Source: Felis catus (lineage: Eukaryota). Taken from it: a stretch of 64,000 nt of DNA. Where the stretch lies: NCBI RefSeq assembly GCF_018350175.1, contig NC_058368.1, positions 145,144,001-145,208,000 on the forward strand, in the 5' to 3' direction. The notes below the pieces were generated by a model. That model ran no database searches, had not been told where the DNA came from, and saw only the letters and a program-made list of their open reading frames with translations. Shown in pieces: positions 34,893 to 47,160 of this stretch. The first letter of the stretch is position 1; every line of letters starts with the position of its first letter. Made by a program: the position numbers and the translations under genes.

Positions 34893-36336
34893 TTAATTCT
34901 TTTTAATTATTGCAGAGAAGATCTTGCAATAAGATTGCAGAGAAGATCTTGTGGCCCTACCTCCATCATCTCAGTGTTCACTGTTAGTTCTGGACATTGA
35001 ATGCCAGAACCTCCATTGCTGTCCTCCCTCCAAAGCCAGAAGCCCCCACTGCCACTTTTGCCAGAAAATGTATTCTGTAAGACACCTACTTCCTCTCATT
35101 GTTCTCTTCCCAAACAATTTCTCCTACATGCAAGGTGGATTGCCTGAGCCTAGGTCGTAACTTGTGCGCCGTTGCTATAAAAGAAGCTGGGAAAACGCAT
35201 TTGGGCCTTATGAGGTGGGAAGGCAGGACTCATGCTATGGGGAATTCCTCAAACATAGAAAAAGTATCCGAAAGGTGATAAGCAGCCAGAAAAACCAGAA
35301 CATGGAAGGCAACCAAATACAGAGCTCAAAATGTGTGCATCAAATTGCTGGTAGTGATGGTTAAATTTCCCCAATCGTGGAACTGAGGGAAATACTGCTC
35401 ATCCCCAGGGAGCTGGAGAGGAGTCATTTGAGCACTTCTTGCTGACATCTTTCGTTGTGCTCCAGACTGTTCCAGATGGCAGGAAGTCCCTGCTCAGGCC
35501 TCTGGCTGGGACTTTCTCCAAAAGCTGACCCTCAACACTGCACGGGGGCAAGCTGCCAGAGCAGCAGGGAAAGACGACTCACCTACACAGGCACAACCCG
35601 TTCTCCAAACACCCTGGAAATATAACTGACACACAGTGGGGGAAAGAACAGGTTTTCAAGCCTTGTTACTATGCATATGCTAATTATTAGGCAGAGGGGA
35701 ACATGATAATTGAGTTATGAAACAACTAAATAAAAATAGACTACCTGACAGAGAGCTTCTTTACATGACGTTTTTACACAAGAATAAACAATGTGTTCTT
35801 TGTAGAGCTTAAAAAAAAAAAAAAAAAGAAACAGGGTTAGTTTTATTCTGTAAACTACAGTCTCTTGTTGTAACTAGACTAGTGCTTGTATTTGTTGACA
35901 TTTTGATTTATAAAAAACCTGAACAAGTTCAATTTCAATAATTCTTTTTGTTCAGGCAATACCAGAGAAATGGGGGAAATATTGATGTCCCCCCCCCCAG
36001 CCCCCCACAAATGGCATATGCAAGAGCTTTCAAATTCTCTTTGTTCAACTCTGGGTCAGATTTCATGGAGAAATAATTGAAATTCCTTTTGTTCCCCATT
36101 CTTCCATACATAGAGGTTTGTGTTCCTGATGAGCACCAAGAATCTTCCTTCCACAGAACTTTGTCTTTGAAAGATGAAATAACCTATTTCCCTCAACTCT
36201 TCTCAATCTTATTTCTGTGTTTCAATTGTTCTCCATCCTTAACCACAGCAAGGAATGTGTGCTATTTAATTCACTCTTGAAAAATTCAACCTAATGCCTA
36301 GAACTAATGGCATGTGCTAAGAAGTGGCCAAAGTAG

Positions 36337-37245
36337 GAAGCACCTGGGTGGCTTGATAGGTTAAGTGTCTGACTCTTAGTTTTGGCTCGGGTTGTGATCT
36401 CACAGTTCATGGGTTCGAGTCCGCATCAGGCTCTGTGCAGACAGTGGGGAGGCTGCTTGGGATTCTCTCTTTCTTTCTCTCTCTACCCCTTTCCCATTCG
36501 TGCTCACACATGCATTCTCTCTCAAAATAAATAAATAAACTTAAAAAAAAAGGTGGGGGGCACCTGAGTGGCTCAGTTGGTTAAGCATCCAACTCTTTGT
36601 TTCAGGTTTTGTGATTCAAACCACACATTGGGCTCTGTGCTGACAGTGCAGAGCCTGCTTGGGATTCTCTTTTTTCTCTCTCCCTCTTCCCCTTCCCTGT
36701 CCATGCTATCTCTGTCTCTCTACAGATTGACAAATAAACTTAAAAAATAAAAAATTTTAGCCTGGGGGGCTCAGTTGGTTGAGCATCAGACTTTGGCTCA
36801 GGTCATGATCTCATGGCTGGTGAGTTCAAGCCCCACGTTGAGCTGTCAGCACAGAGCCCAGAGCCTGCTTCAGATTCTATGTCTCCTCTCTCTCTGCCCC
36901 TTCCCTGCTCACACTTTGTCTTTCTCTCTCAAAAATAAACATTAAAAAAATTTTTTTAAATAAGAAATAAAAATTTTTAAAAATTAGTAAAGAAAAGCAG
37001 GGGAGCATAGGTGGCTCAGTCAGTTAAGCGTCTGACTTCACCTCAAGTCATGATCTCATGATTCATGAGTTCGAGTCCAGCATCGGGCTCTGTGCTGACA
37101 ACTCAGTCTGGAGTCGGCTTTGGATTCTGTGTCTCCTTCTCTGTCTGCTCCTCCCCCCACTCACATTCTGTCTCCCTTTCTCTCTCTCTCAGAAATAATA
37201 AAAACACACAAAAAAATAATGTTTAAAAAATTAAAAAAATAAATA
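36337..37245 (+). mobile_element. Cluster of four co-oriented Can-SINEs (~36337-36550, ~36557-36755, ~36760-36965, ~37000-37245)
   Basis: Four head/CT/tail units; the whole block is flanked by AAGAAGTGGCCAAAGTAG. Confidence 0.93.
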
Positions 37246-39159
37246 AAGAAGTGGCCAAAGTAGAACCTAAAGCAGAGAAGTAAAGGTACTTAGGTTCTAG
37301 TTAGCATTTTTTAACACTGAGTCACTGTGGATAAAACCAAGAGTAAATTATACCTATGAAATGGCAAACAAATAGTTCCCCATTTATTCATATTAATGAT
37401 GAATTTGCATAATATTCTTGGAGATCCTTTGTTTGAGAAGAAAGACAACAAGTAAAGATAGTAATATATAATAAAACAATTTAGAAGGAGTCCCAGGTAA
37501 GCCATGCTTGCTCATAAAATGTTACTTTCTTCACATCAAATGATAAAAGTGAAAAAAAATAAAAGGGAGTACTCAAGTACAGTTTCTGATAAGAGGAAGC
37601 AACCAGATAATTTAAAGAAAATGCCTCTAAATTGGATGCTAATTTGTGTTATCTACATATCTACAGAGAAATTCCCTTTCCCCAAGTAACCACTAAACAT
37701 AAATGCATTTGTGACTATGGTAGGAAGCGCCCTTCCTTGGATGCAAGTTTGCCTTTATAATTCGCCTGCCTAGAATCATCTATGATTTCTACCATTAGGG
37801 TAATAAACAATGGAGATTACTTTAAAAAACATACTTGTCAGCATAGCACATTCACTTTTGCAACAGGTTCCATTTCAAACACATAGAGCAAGGAATTAAA
37901 CTTAATTGCTAACTCAGGCTTAACATACCAGAATCTTCCAGATAAATTATATTTTAAAAGGTTACTCAGAGCTCCCCTCCTCTAAGTTTCTGAAGCAGGA
38001 AGGTTGAATATTGCTCAAGAATACCCAGAATGCAGTGTGATAATTTAATAGATCACTCTATGTCCTAAAGCTGAGAAGACCAAGAAACAGACCCATGTTG
38101 TTGTTGCCCATGACCCAGTGACATGTTTTGCCTCACCACTAGAGAGAGATACTGGAGAGGTGTGGTAACTAATATTTCCCGCTTTTTTGTGAAATGATAT
38201 GTTCATGGTATATCACAGGTGATATTTTAGGCTTTGTCAATTGAGGCATGCTGTTTTTGTCAGTGGGAATGTTAAGTGACAACTAATAACTTTGGATCCA
38301 AAGTTGCCTGAAAATCTGAGGATGGACTTTGCCCCACTTGCATTGTTTCCAAATCAGTCAGGTCTCACTTGAAGCCCAAATGTGACAATGATCTATCTTA
38401 TACTGGTTATGTAGTTTATTAATTTATTATTAATTATAATTATTAATTTATTTAGTTGATTTTATTTTTGTCTTGACCACTACACTTCCCTTCACCAGAG
38501 AGAAGATCTAGAAAGAAGAAAAAAAATGAAATTCAAATTTATGAATTACTTGTTATTACCAGGGTTGAGGAGAATAATTTGAAGTGTTTGGGGGGAAAAA
38601 AGGTTTGAAAGTTATCTATGGGTTTGTATACTTGTTCCTATTGCAAAACCAAGCTACTTAAGCACTAATAAGGTGTTTTAATATATACTTACTAGGAAAA
38701 GTCTACTGTTTTCAGAATGCTTTTATGCTACCATCTCACTAGATCCTCCTAAAATTCCTGTGAGATGTTAAACAGGTATTATTTATCTTAACACCATCAT
38801 TAATCACTCCATTTTATAGGTGAAAAAACTGAGGGCACAATGTTAAATGTTGCTCAGGAATACCCAGCCAATAGTAGTAAAGTTGAAACTAGATACCGGG
38901 TCTTCTAACCTATGATCCCAGATCCCTTCTACTTGGTCATCTGCCTCTGCTTTTGGGACAGTCACAAAAGTTCATAGCTGAAAGGCTCTTACATGCTGTT
39001 GTCCACTTCATAACCTGCTGTATTCCAAAAATGCAGTTGTAGAACTTAGAATGCATTGTCCCACTAGAACAGTAATGTCTATTTTCCATAGACCCCTATG
39101 TCATTTCATAAGAACCTATGCCTAACCCACAAGAGTTAAATATGTTCCTTTAAGACAAA

Positions 39160-39445
39160 GTATGTTTCACAGACCAATATTCCCTTAAGAAAGTTTCAAG
39201 GAAAAAAAGTTCTAAGGCCAAATAAGTTTGGGAAACACAGCATATCATATATCCCACTCAGAGATTCATAATGTACATTTGCATATTAAAGGCTTTAAGA
39301 AGTTCTGCAGGAAAGAAAACTGCTTAAAATTGTTCCATTGAGAATTCATCAACCTTCTTTGACTTTGAAACCCTTTCACTGAGTAACAGATATTAACACC
39401 CAAAACTAGAGTTCCCCAAAACACATTTTGGACATTACTGCTGTA
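39160..39445. mobile_element. hAT-Charlie-type DNA transposon remnant
   Basis: AAATAAGTTTGGGAAACAC...ATTTGCATATTAAAGGCT..GAAGTTCTGCAG...AACACATTTTGG..ATTACTG. Confidence 0.55.
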
Positions 39446-40000
39446 GGAAAATATGTTGTCACAATTTAAGATGTTAGGAGCATCTCTGCTGCTCTGAAAT
39501 TGGGGGTTACCTTGAATATAAGATAGGTTCTGTGGATCATTCCCGTAATATCAGTCTGGAGCTAAAATCAGCCATGGATGTTGAGACATAAAGCAGGGTC
39601 AGACACTGAAGGATAAGGAACAGAACAATAAAGGATAGGAATGATGCCTGGGAACACTGAGATAAAACCAAGATGATGGGGCTGGGGACACATGAATGAT
39701 GAGAGTGACAAGGGAGCAGCTAACTTGGGAATTTATCCTACCTTCCTCTTTCTTCTTTCTCAAATCCTGCTGCTATAGACACTTTCCTAGACCAAACCAA
39801 GGGTAGGAAGCAGAGATGAGGCTGAGAGGAGGGGTGGACCCAAACATTAATAGTTGCCATGGAAGGAAAAAACAGAGAATAGAGACATGCCATAGAGGTG
39901 GAGCAAAGGGGTACCTAGTAGAAGCAACTACTTTCCAGTTACCATGTTAGGAAAGGAAGAAAGCCAAAGACTCCCTTTATAGCCTATGTCCTTCAAGAGT

Positions 40001-40125
40001 CAGATGAGCATCCAATGTATCATCCATACTGGGACACTTTTAGAGTGAAAGTGGCACTGTTAATAACCATGCAAGAACAACATATGTAAACCGGGGCATC
40101 CCAGGCACACGAAATTAGTGCCTGC
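40001..40125 (+). mobile_element. MER94-like hAT-Blackjack MITE
   Basis: TATCATCCATACTGGGACACTTTTAGAGTGAAAG...TTAATAACCATGC...GTAAACCGGG matches my recollection of MER94. Confidence 0.65.
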
Positions 40126-40245
40126 GATAAGTTATATGCTGTTCCTTTCTGAACTATGAATCATGGCATTTAGAAAAAAAGAGAAAAGATATAAAAGATA
40201 TGTATGTTTGTGGTAATAGTGTGAACTATAATGGGTTCTACTTTA

Positions 40246-40491
40246 TTTTATTTATTTATTTATTTATTTATTTACTATTATTTTATTTTAACGTTTATTT
40301 ATTTTTGGGACAGAGAGAGACAGAGCATGAACGGGGGAGGGGCAGAGAGAGGGGGAGGCACAGAATTGGAAGCAGGCTCCAGGCTCTGAGCCATCAGCCC
40401 AGAGCCCGACGCGGGGCTCGAACTCACGGACCGCGAGATCGTGATCTGGCTGAAGTCGGACGCTTAACTGACTGCGCCACCCAGGCACCCC
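40246..40491 (-). mobile_element. Can-SINE, young felid subfamily, with (ATTT)n tail
   Basis: Perfect TSD TAATGGGTTCTACTTTA. Confidence 0.96.
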
Positions 40492-40814
40492 TAATGGGTT
40501 CTACTTTAAATAAGTTGTTTAGACCAAAATATTCTCATGACCCCATTCAGCAAACATGTATTGAGCATCTGTGGTGTGGAAAGCCCTGTGCTCAACACTG
40601 TGGAGGTTGTAGATAAGCAATACACATCAATGCTCTCAAGGAGCCTCCAGTCAACACAATGAATTAAGAGATTCAAATGACCAAAGCTGCAAGTAAATCA
40701 TCACAGATGGTCATCTAGAGAGCTAAGAACATATGCTGGGGAAGTTCTGAAGAGGGCTAACCTGAGAGGCTCTGGAAATTTGGCAATGTGGGAAGGACAA
40801 AAAGATTATTATCA

Positions 40815-41018
40815 GGGAGTGCCCGGGTGGCTCAGTAGGTGGTTGAGTGTCTGACTCTCGGGTTTGGCTCAGGGCATGATTTTACGGTTCATGAGATGAA
40901 GCCCCACATTGGGCTCCATGTTCTTAGTGCATATTCTCTCTCTACTTAGGGTTTCTCTCTCCCTCTCTCTCTGCCCCTGCCCCCTTCTCCCTTTCAAAAT
41001 AAATAAACATTAAAAAAA
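40815..41018 (+). mobile_element. Can-SINE (older)
   Basis: GGGAGTGCCCGGGTGGCTCAG head; TSD AAAAAGATTA(A)TTATCAGG. Confidence 0.9.
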
Positions 41019-41459
41019 AGATTAATTATCAGGCCTGGAGTGCAGGAAGGAGAAGGTAGAGCTTTCTGGGTGATAAGACAGCACCAAGCAAAAGTAGAGA
41101 GAAGCCTGTTTGTGGTAGCATGAGGAGCATGGTCCCATTTGGCAGGAATTTAGGATTTGTGAAGAGAAATGGTGGCAGATAAGTGGGAAAAGCAAGTTGC
41201 GGCAAGCCAGTATAGGGACTTGAATGCCAATGTAAATCAAGTGGAAATAATTCAGGAAATAATCAAGAGCTTTGATTGTATAGTAGCCTGAGACAACCAC
41301 AAGTACAACCACAACCACTTGCCACTTTGGAAATCTTTGGAAAAGTTGGGGCCAGTTTTGCACTATCATAAGGTTGAACCCAGAACGCTAAAGGACTTGG
41401 AAACATTTGGGTTAAATATAAGTATGTATTAAGATTCTTATCAAATCCAAAGTAGGCAA

Positions 41460-41869
41460 TTATAATGAGTTTTGCATTGCTGCTATAAAACATTACTACA
41501 AATATAGTGGCCTAAAAAAAAAAAAATAGAAATTTACTATCTGACAGTTCTGTAGGTTAGAGGTCCAACGTAAGTCTCAATGGGCTAAAATCAAGGTGGC
41601 AGCAGGGCTACGTTCTTCTCTAGAGGGTTGAGGGGAAGGCCCATTTCCTTGTCTTCTCCAGCTTCTAGAGGCTATTCACATTCCTTGGCTCATACCCCGT
41701 TGCTCTGTCCACAAAAGTAACAATGGTAGATGGACTCCTAACACTGCATCACTCTACCTCCTCTGCCTCTTTCTTACACTTTTAAAGATACTAGTAATTA
41801 TATTTGGCTCATCTGAATAATCCAGGAGGATCTCCCTATCTGTTAATTAGCAACTACTTTTTTTTTTTT

Positions 41870-41918
<49 letters not shown>

Positions 41919-42138
41919 TATCCTAAGCAGGCTCCATGCTCATCCCAGAGCCCAATCCCACCACCCCGGGATCATGACCTGGGCCGAAATCAAGAGTCAG
42001 ATGCTCAATGAACTGAGCCACCTAGATACACTAGTTGGCAAGCAGTTTAATTCTCCTTTGCCATGTAAGTAACATACTCACAGGTTCCTGGGATTAGGAC
42101 ATGGACATGTTTGGGGAGTTATTATTGTGCTTAGCACA
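41460..42138 (-). mobile_element. MaLR LTR (MLT1C/D-like), interrupted by a SINE
   Basis: CACAGGTTCCTGGGATTAGGACATGGACAT (reverse complement of the MLT1D start), GGGCTAAAATCAAGGTGGCAGCAGGGCT, CCAGCTTCTAGAGGCT. Confidence 0.85.
41857..42032 (-). mobile_element. Can-SINE with (GA)n expansion
   Basis: T-tail, long (GA)n, GATCATGACCTGGGCCGAAATCAAGAGTCAGATGCTCAA. Confidence 0.88.
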
Positions 42139-43576
42139 GTAATGTAATAGTTAGGACCTTCCATGATGTTTTTATTCTCCCCAGTCCCCTTTGCCCAGGC
42201 ATAGGCGAATGGCGTCATCCTTTATTTCTCAAAGCAGCTCTAATACTCATTGTGTACATAACAGACTTTTACTGAAGATTTGTGGATCGCAACAGGTGAT
42301 CACAGTACAGTATAGAAAAGCACTTAAATTTGAATATAAAATTTCTTTGCTTCTCATGTTTTTGACCATAGAGAGTTTCTTTTTAGCTGTTTTCTCCTTT
42401 GGTCTGCCCACTCTCCTCATCTCCAGGGACCCTTTCCCCCCTTATTCTCTCTTCTTTGAGTCTCAGTCCTGCCAAAATACCTCCCTCCGAATCCTCATTG
42501 GAAATGGAAAATTCCTGTTACTTTTATTATTTAAAGCAATTTGGCTTGTTTGGCTCAGCCTTTCCCCTCCAGGATATGTCCTCGGCCTTCCCTTTCATTA
42601 CCAAAAAGATCCATCAGCATCTTTTTTGAGACAGATTCTGTGTCTGCAGTCCATTTTAGTTATTTTTAATAGTAATTATTATCTTCCCCTTCATGCTATT
42701 AGAGAAAGCTTTAATACCAATTTTAGAAAGAATGTTCCCTTTCCATTATTGGTGGGTTACCTTCTGCAGTACAAGGAGTCTTTGGACCAGTGGTTTACAA
42801 AGAAATGAAACAAAGTGGCGAGCTCTCACCTGGGATGCCACAATCAACCTGACTCTAGGAATCAGGAGACCTGGGTGCTTGTTCTAGGTTCTCAAATGAC
42901 CTGGTGACTTTGAGCAAGTTACAACCTCTCTGAGTCACCATTTTGTTAGTATAAAACAGGAAGGTTGAGTTAGATGTTCTCTCCAAAATTCTGTAAATAC
43001 CTCAATGAATTAGTGGAGTTTATGTTTGTGGCCTAGGAGCTTATTTGACATAATAAACAGTTAAAAGCAAACCAGTGTCACAGGAGATTTTGGGACTCCC
43101 AGAAATTTTACTCCTGTGGTATCTGGATTAAACATCCGTGATTACATTCAGTTTAGAGACCTTAAGCTTTGGTTTTTTTGTTTTTTGTTTTTTGTTTTTT
43201 TTGAAATGGCTGATGGGGTGTAGACAACCCATGCCAGCTACAATGATGGACCGAAAAGAAAAACATGACAGGAATCAGTGTGTTTTGAGAAAGATTAATA
43301 TAGCAGTTAGGTATGGGATGGAATGATATAGCAGGCAATGGGCAGCAGGAAAACCAATTAAGAGATTGTTGTAAAAGTTCAGGCATAATAAAAATGTAAC
43401 AGGATGCTAGATGGGACTTTTCCTGTTGTCTCAGGGTTTCCGCCAAAGCTCCACAGCTGAGGACAATAGGCAATAAGAGTTCACACGTTCTAAAGAAAGT
43501 TGCTAAACACATCCATGCGTGATTTGCTTATTCTTTGACTGTCCATTCTATCATGGCCTCATCCTATATAAGAGAA

Positions 43577-44455
43577 GTTACTGAATCATTAAAGAGAAGA
43601 GTCTGCGAAATAAGGGGATTTGCAAAAGTTGGAAGTGCATTGGTTTTTCACTCTTCTCAAATACATGTTCTCTAGAGTTTGGGAAACAGAGAGGCTGATA
43701 ACTGACCCTTACCTGAAGGTGGGTAAGGACAGAGAGAATAGCAATGGAGAGTCTGACCTTCTGGAATTTGACCAGAAAAGGGGAGTGAATTTCCCCCCCC
43801 CCCCCAAGCCAAATATATAGCATGGGAGGGAGCTGGGTTCCAGGGTTGCAATCTGGGCCAGAATATCACTTTTTTTTGGAGAACAGAACAGTGTTTGGCA
43901 TTCTTGACAGCAGGGAGTTGGAGGGGTGACTGTTGCTGAAGAACACACAAAAATACTCCATGAAAGAAAGGGCCAGTATTGGAGAGCTGCTAGGACTGAG
44001 ACCATTTGAGAGAGTATACCATGAGAGAACCAGGAAGGAAGTACAAGAAGCAGTAGGTACCATCTCCTCTAGTCCCCTCCACCCCTATCCAGTAGAAGCA
44101 GGTGATGGGGAAAGTAGAATAAGGAGGGCCAAGGAACAGACTCTGTTTTACTCCCACCAGTGATCTGGGGACTCCCTGGCCAGGCCTAAGCTGGAGTGAG
44201 GGGAGAAGCTTTAAACTGGATGGGAAATGGAAGTTTTGATTTAGATTGGACTAGGCTTTTTAAATTCTGAAAATGAGACTGTTGTCTAATATGCTAAAGT
44301 AACAAAAAAGTACACGGTATCTGCTTGAGATATCATCCAGGGGCAGAAAAGGAAGATAAGACAAACGTGTTTGAAGGCAATGAAATTTAAAAATAATGCT
44401 TTTTCCTGTTTGCAACTCATAGAGCCCAGCTCCTATAATAAATTAGTATGACAGC
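43577..44455. mobile_element. Possible ancient LTR remnant (family uncertain)
   Basis: Purine-rich ~880 bp block ending in ...TGACA, with an AAAAATAATGCTTTT polyA-like segment. This is a pattern impression only. Confidence 0.3.
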
Positions 44456-46964
44456 AATAATAAATAATAATGATAATAATGACAATAATAATAACAACCA
44501 TTTGTTAATTATTGGCATAGTGTGCCAGACTTATGTTAGATGCTGAAGATACATTATTTCATTTAATCTTTACAACAATCTCACGAGGTAGAAACTATGA
44601 AATTTAACCCCATTTAACAGAGGTTTACTTTCAGATGTTAAATAATTTGCCACAAAATACAGGTAATAAGTAGCTCATTTCAGACCCCACAATCCATTTA
44701 GGACTAGAATAAAGTAACAGTTATAAAAGAGGAAAGAAGCAAGGAATTAATGAATGAGATATCTGTGTTTATCATTTTAATCCAAGAGCGGATGAAGTAA
44801 TTGATAACAAGCAATGACACAATTTATTTACATTGATAGAACTTCAATTATCATGCAACCCACAAATAGCATTTGTTGCTAACTTTAAAACTAGTAAATG
44901 CATTTATTAAATAATTTGCTTTCCTTGGGTTGTTTTGGGTTTTTGTTTATTTGTTTTTTAAGAAGTGTTGTCTGGTCACTTTACAATTAGTTCCCTGGAT
45001 TATAACTAATATGCTAATTTGTCATTTCTACTATATAAATGTTTTATTATGCCTAAAATATTAGATGGAAATAACTGGGTTCACAGGGTACACAGGTTCA
45101 TTACTTGAGTGGTGACATAGATGCTTAAAACAGACACCTAAATTCAAGAATAACTTCTTCACTGTGAACTCCTTGAAGCAGGGATCTTATCTTACTTAAA
45201 ATTGGGGTCTAACCCCCAAGGTCATGAGACAAGTATTTGACATATTGTAGATGCTTACTAATTCAGAAGTTTTTATTGAGCACCAACTGGGCTCCAGACA
45301 CTGAATTAAGTGTTATATGTATATGACAAGAGTGAATTTCCTTATAGCCTGCGCTCACAGCCCTTGCCACCCCCTTCTACCTTCTAAATAGAATTCTGGA
45401 TTTTGTTCTATATAGCTTCTATTATCTGCCCTCTGAGGAAAATCAGACTTTGTTGCCAGATTCCTGGACATGTATGATAAAGAATTGAGAGACTGGGAGC
45501 CAGAGAAACAGAACTAATGGGATAGGGGGAAGAGAGAGAGAAAGAAAGGATAGCCCTATGAAGGAAGGACTTTGGGGAGGATAATGGGGGAGAGGTTAAT
45601 TTAGGGAATACTGTGGTCGATTACAAATGAGACCGCCTTTGTTGTGCTCTGAGAAACCCAAGTAAAGGATATGATTTATTTCTAACTGCTTCTAACCTCT
45701 TTTTGGTCCCCAAGATAGGAACATGCGGTCCCAGATTACATATATATTATTTCTAATCCTTGAACCACCCTGCCAATGGAAGCATTACTGTCTTTAATTT
45801 CCAGGTAAAGTAAGAGCCATGAAGCAGATAACTAATTCTCTCAGGGCTCCACAACTAAAGCTAGGATTTGAATCCAGTTCTGGTGGGCACCCAGCCTGCT
45901 GTCTTTCCATGATGTTGGGACTGAACCATCATGTTGAACTGAACCATAACCATAACCATCTGTTGAACTGAACTCATTCAAAAGGCTTTCCTTGTGAGGG
46001 ACCTCTATTTATTTTGGTATCATACATAAATGGGAAAGGCTTATTTCTGATATTTGATTCAGAAGAGAAAAGCTTAACTTCTAGCCTGGAAAGCAGGCCT
46101 GCTTGCTGTACTAAGCTTGCCTGTGGGCTTGATGGTTCATTTTGAAATCCAATCACTCTGCACCTAGGAAATGGCATTGTTTACTGCAAGAGTTCAGCTA
46201 AAACTGTTGCTAAAATTGGTCTGTGGCCATTCATGTTTCTGGAAATCAATTTTCTGACCAGGTAGCTACCTGGTACAAAAAAGTGTGGAATAAAAGGTTT
46301 CTTCAAACTGCCAACAAAGTTACCTTAGACCTTTCGATGGCCAGGTAGTAAACTAAATTGTATGCACTTGTTTGGGTGAATTATCATTTTAAATGGTTTG
46401 AGGTAAAGTTCTCATCTTCTGTCACCATAGAAACTGTTATAAAATTTCATATAAATACCTCAGAAACAGGGCTACCTACTCCCATGGACATAGATAGTGG
46501 GTATAATGGACCCCCAAGGAAATAAATGGCTGCTTGTCAGAAAATAATACAACCCATTAAAAGAAGTCTCTTTATGATCCAAGTCCTTCCAATTGGACAA
46601 ACTAGGTATATGGACAGGTAGGGAGAAACAGGGGTCTGAAGTAGTATGAGGTGCTTTTGGAGTAGTTTGCAAATACCACTTTCCAAAGTTAAATAAACTT
46701 CCTCTCTTGTTGAGGGAACATTCCGTTGAGGTGTTAACACTGGAGTGATTTCATCTATATTCAGGGAGTACATGCTACAGAGCCATTATGGACCAGACGG
46801 GGATGTATAAAAATGATTTGACAAAAAGAAATAGCCAGTCTGCTATGCCAAAATCCAGAGTGCTCTTCTTCAAGGTGAATCGTATTCCATTCCAAAATGT
46901 CAAGTAGATTTAGTCATTTTAATCTTTTTATTAGATTAAAACTTGATACCTTTATAAAAGCTAA

Positions 46965-47160
46965 AGGAAATGGCTGGAATATAGGCTCCACCACTGATAA
47001 ATTGTGTGATCTTGGGAAAGTTGCTTGGCCTCTCTCAGCCTTAGTCTCTCCATTTCTAAACTGAAGGTGGTGTTTATTTTTATGTCAAGATTAAATAAAA
47101 TAACCCATGCAAAGCACTTAACTTCAGTACTGAAGTGATTGTAGAAATTATTACTTATCA
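46965..47160 (+). mobile_element. MIR SINE
   Basis: GGCTCCACCACTGATAAATTGTGTGATCTTGGGAAAGTT...AGCCTTAGTCTCTCCATTTCTAAA...AAAGCACTTA. Confidence 0.8.

Noticed and set aside
42191..42808. 205-aa ORF, the longest outside the island
   Set aside because: TTG start, Leu/Ser/Phe-rich composition typical of T-rich non-coding DNA, and no recognisable domain or exon structure.
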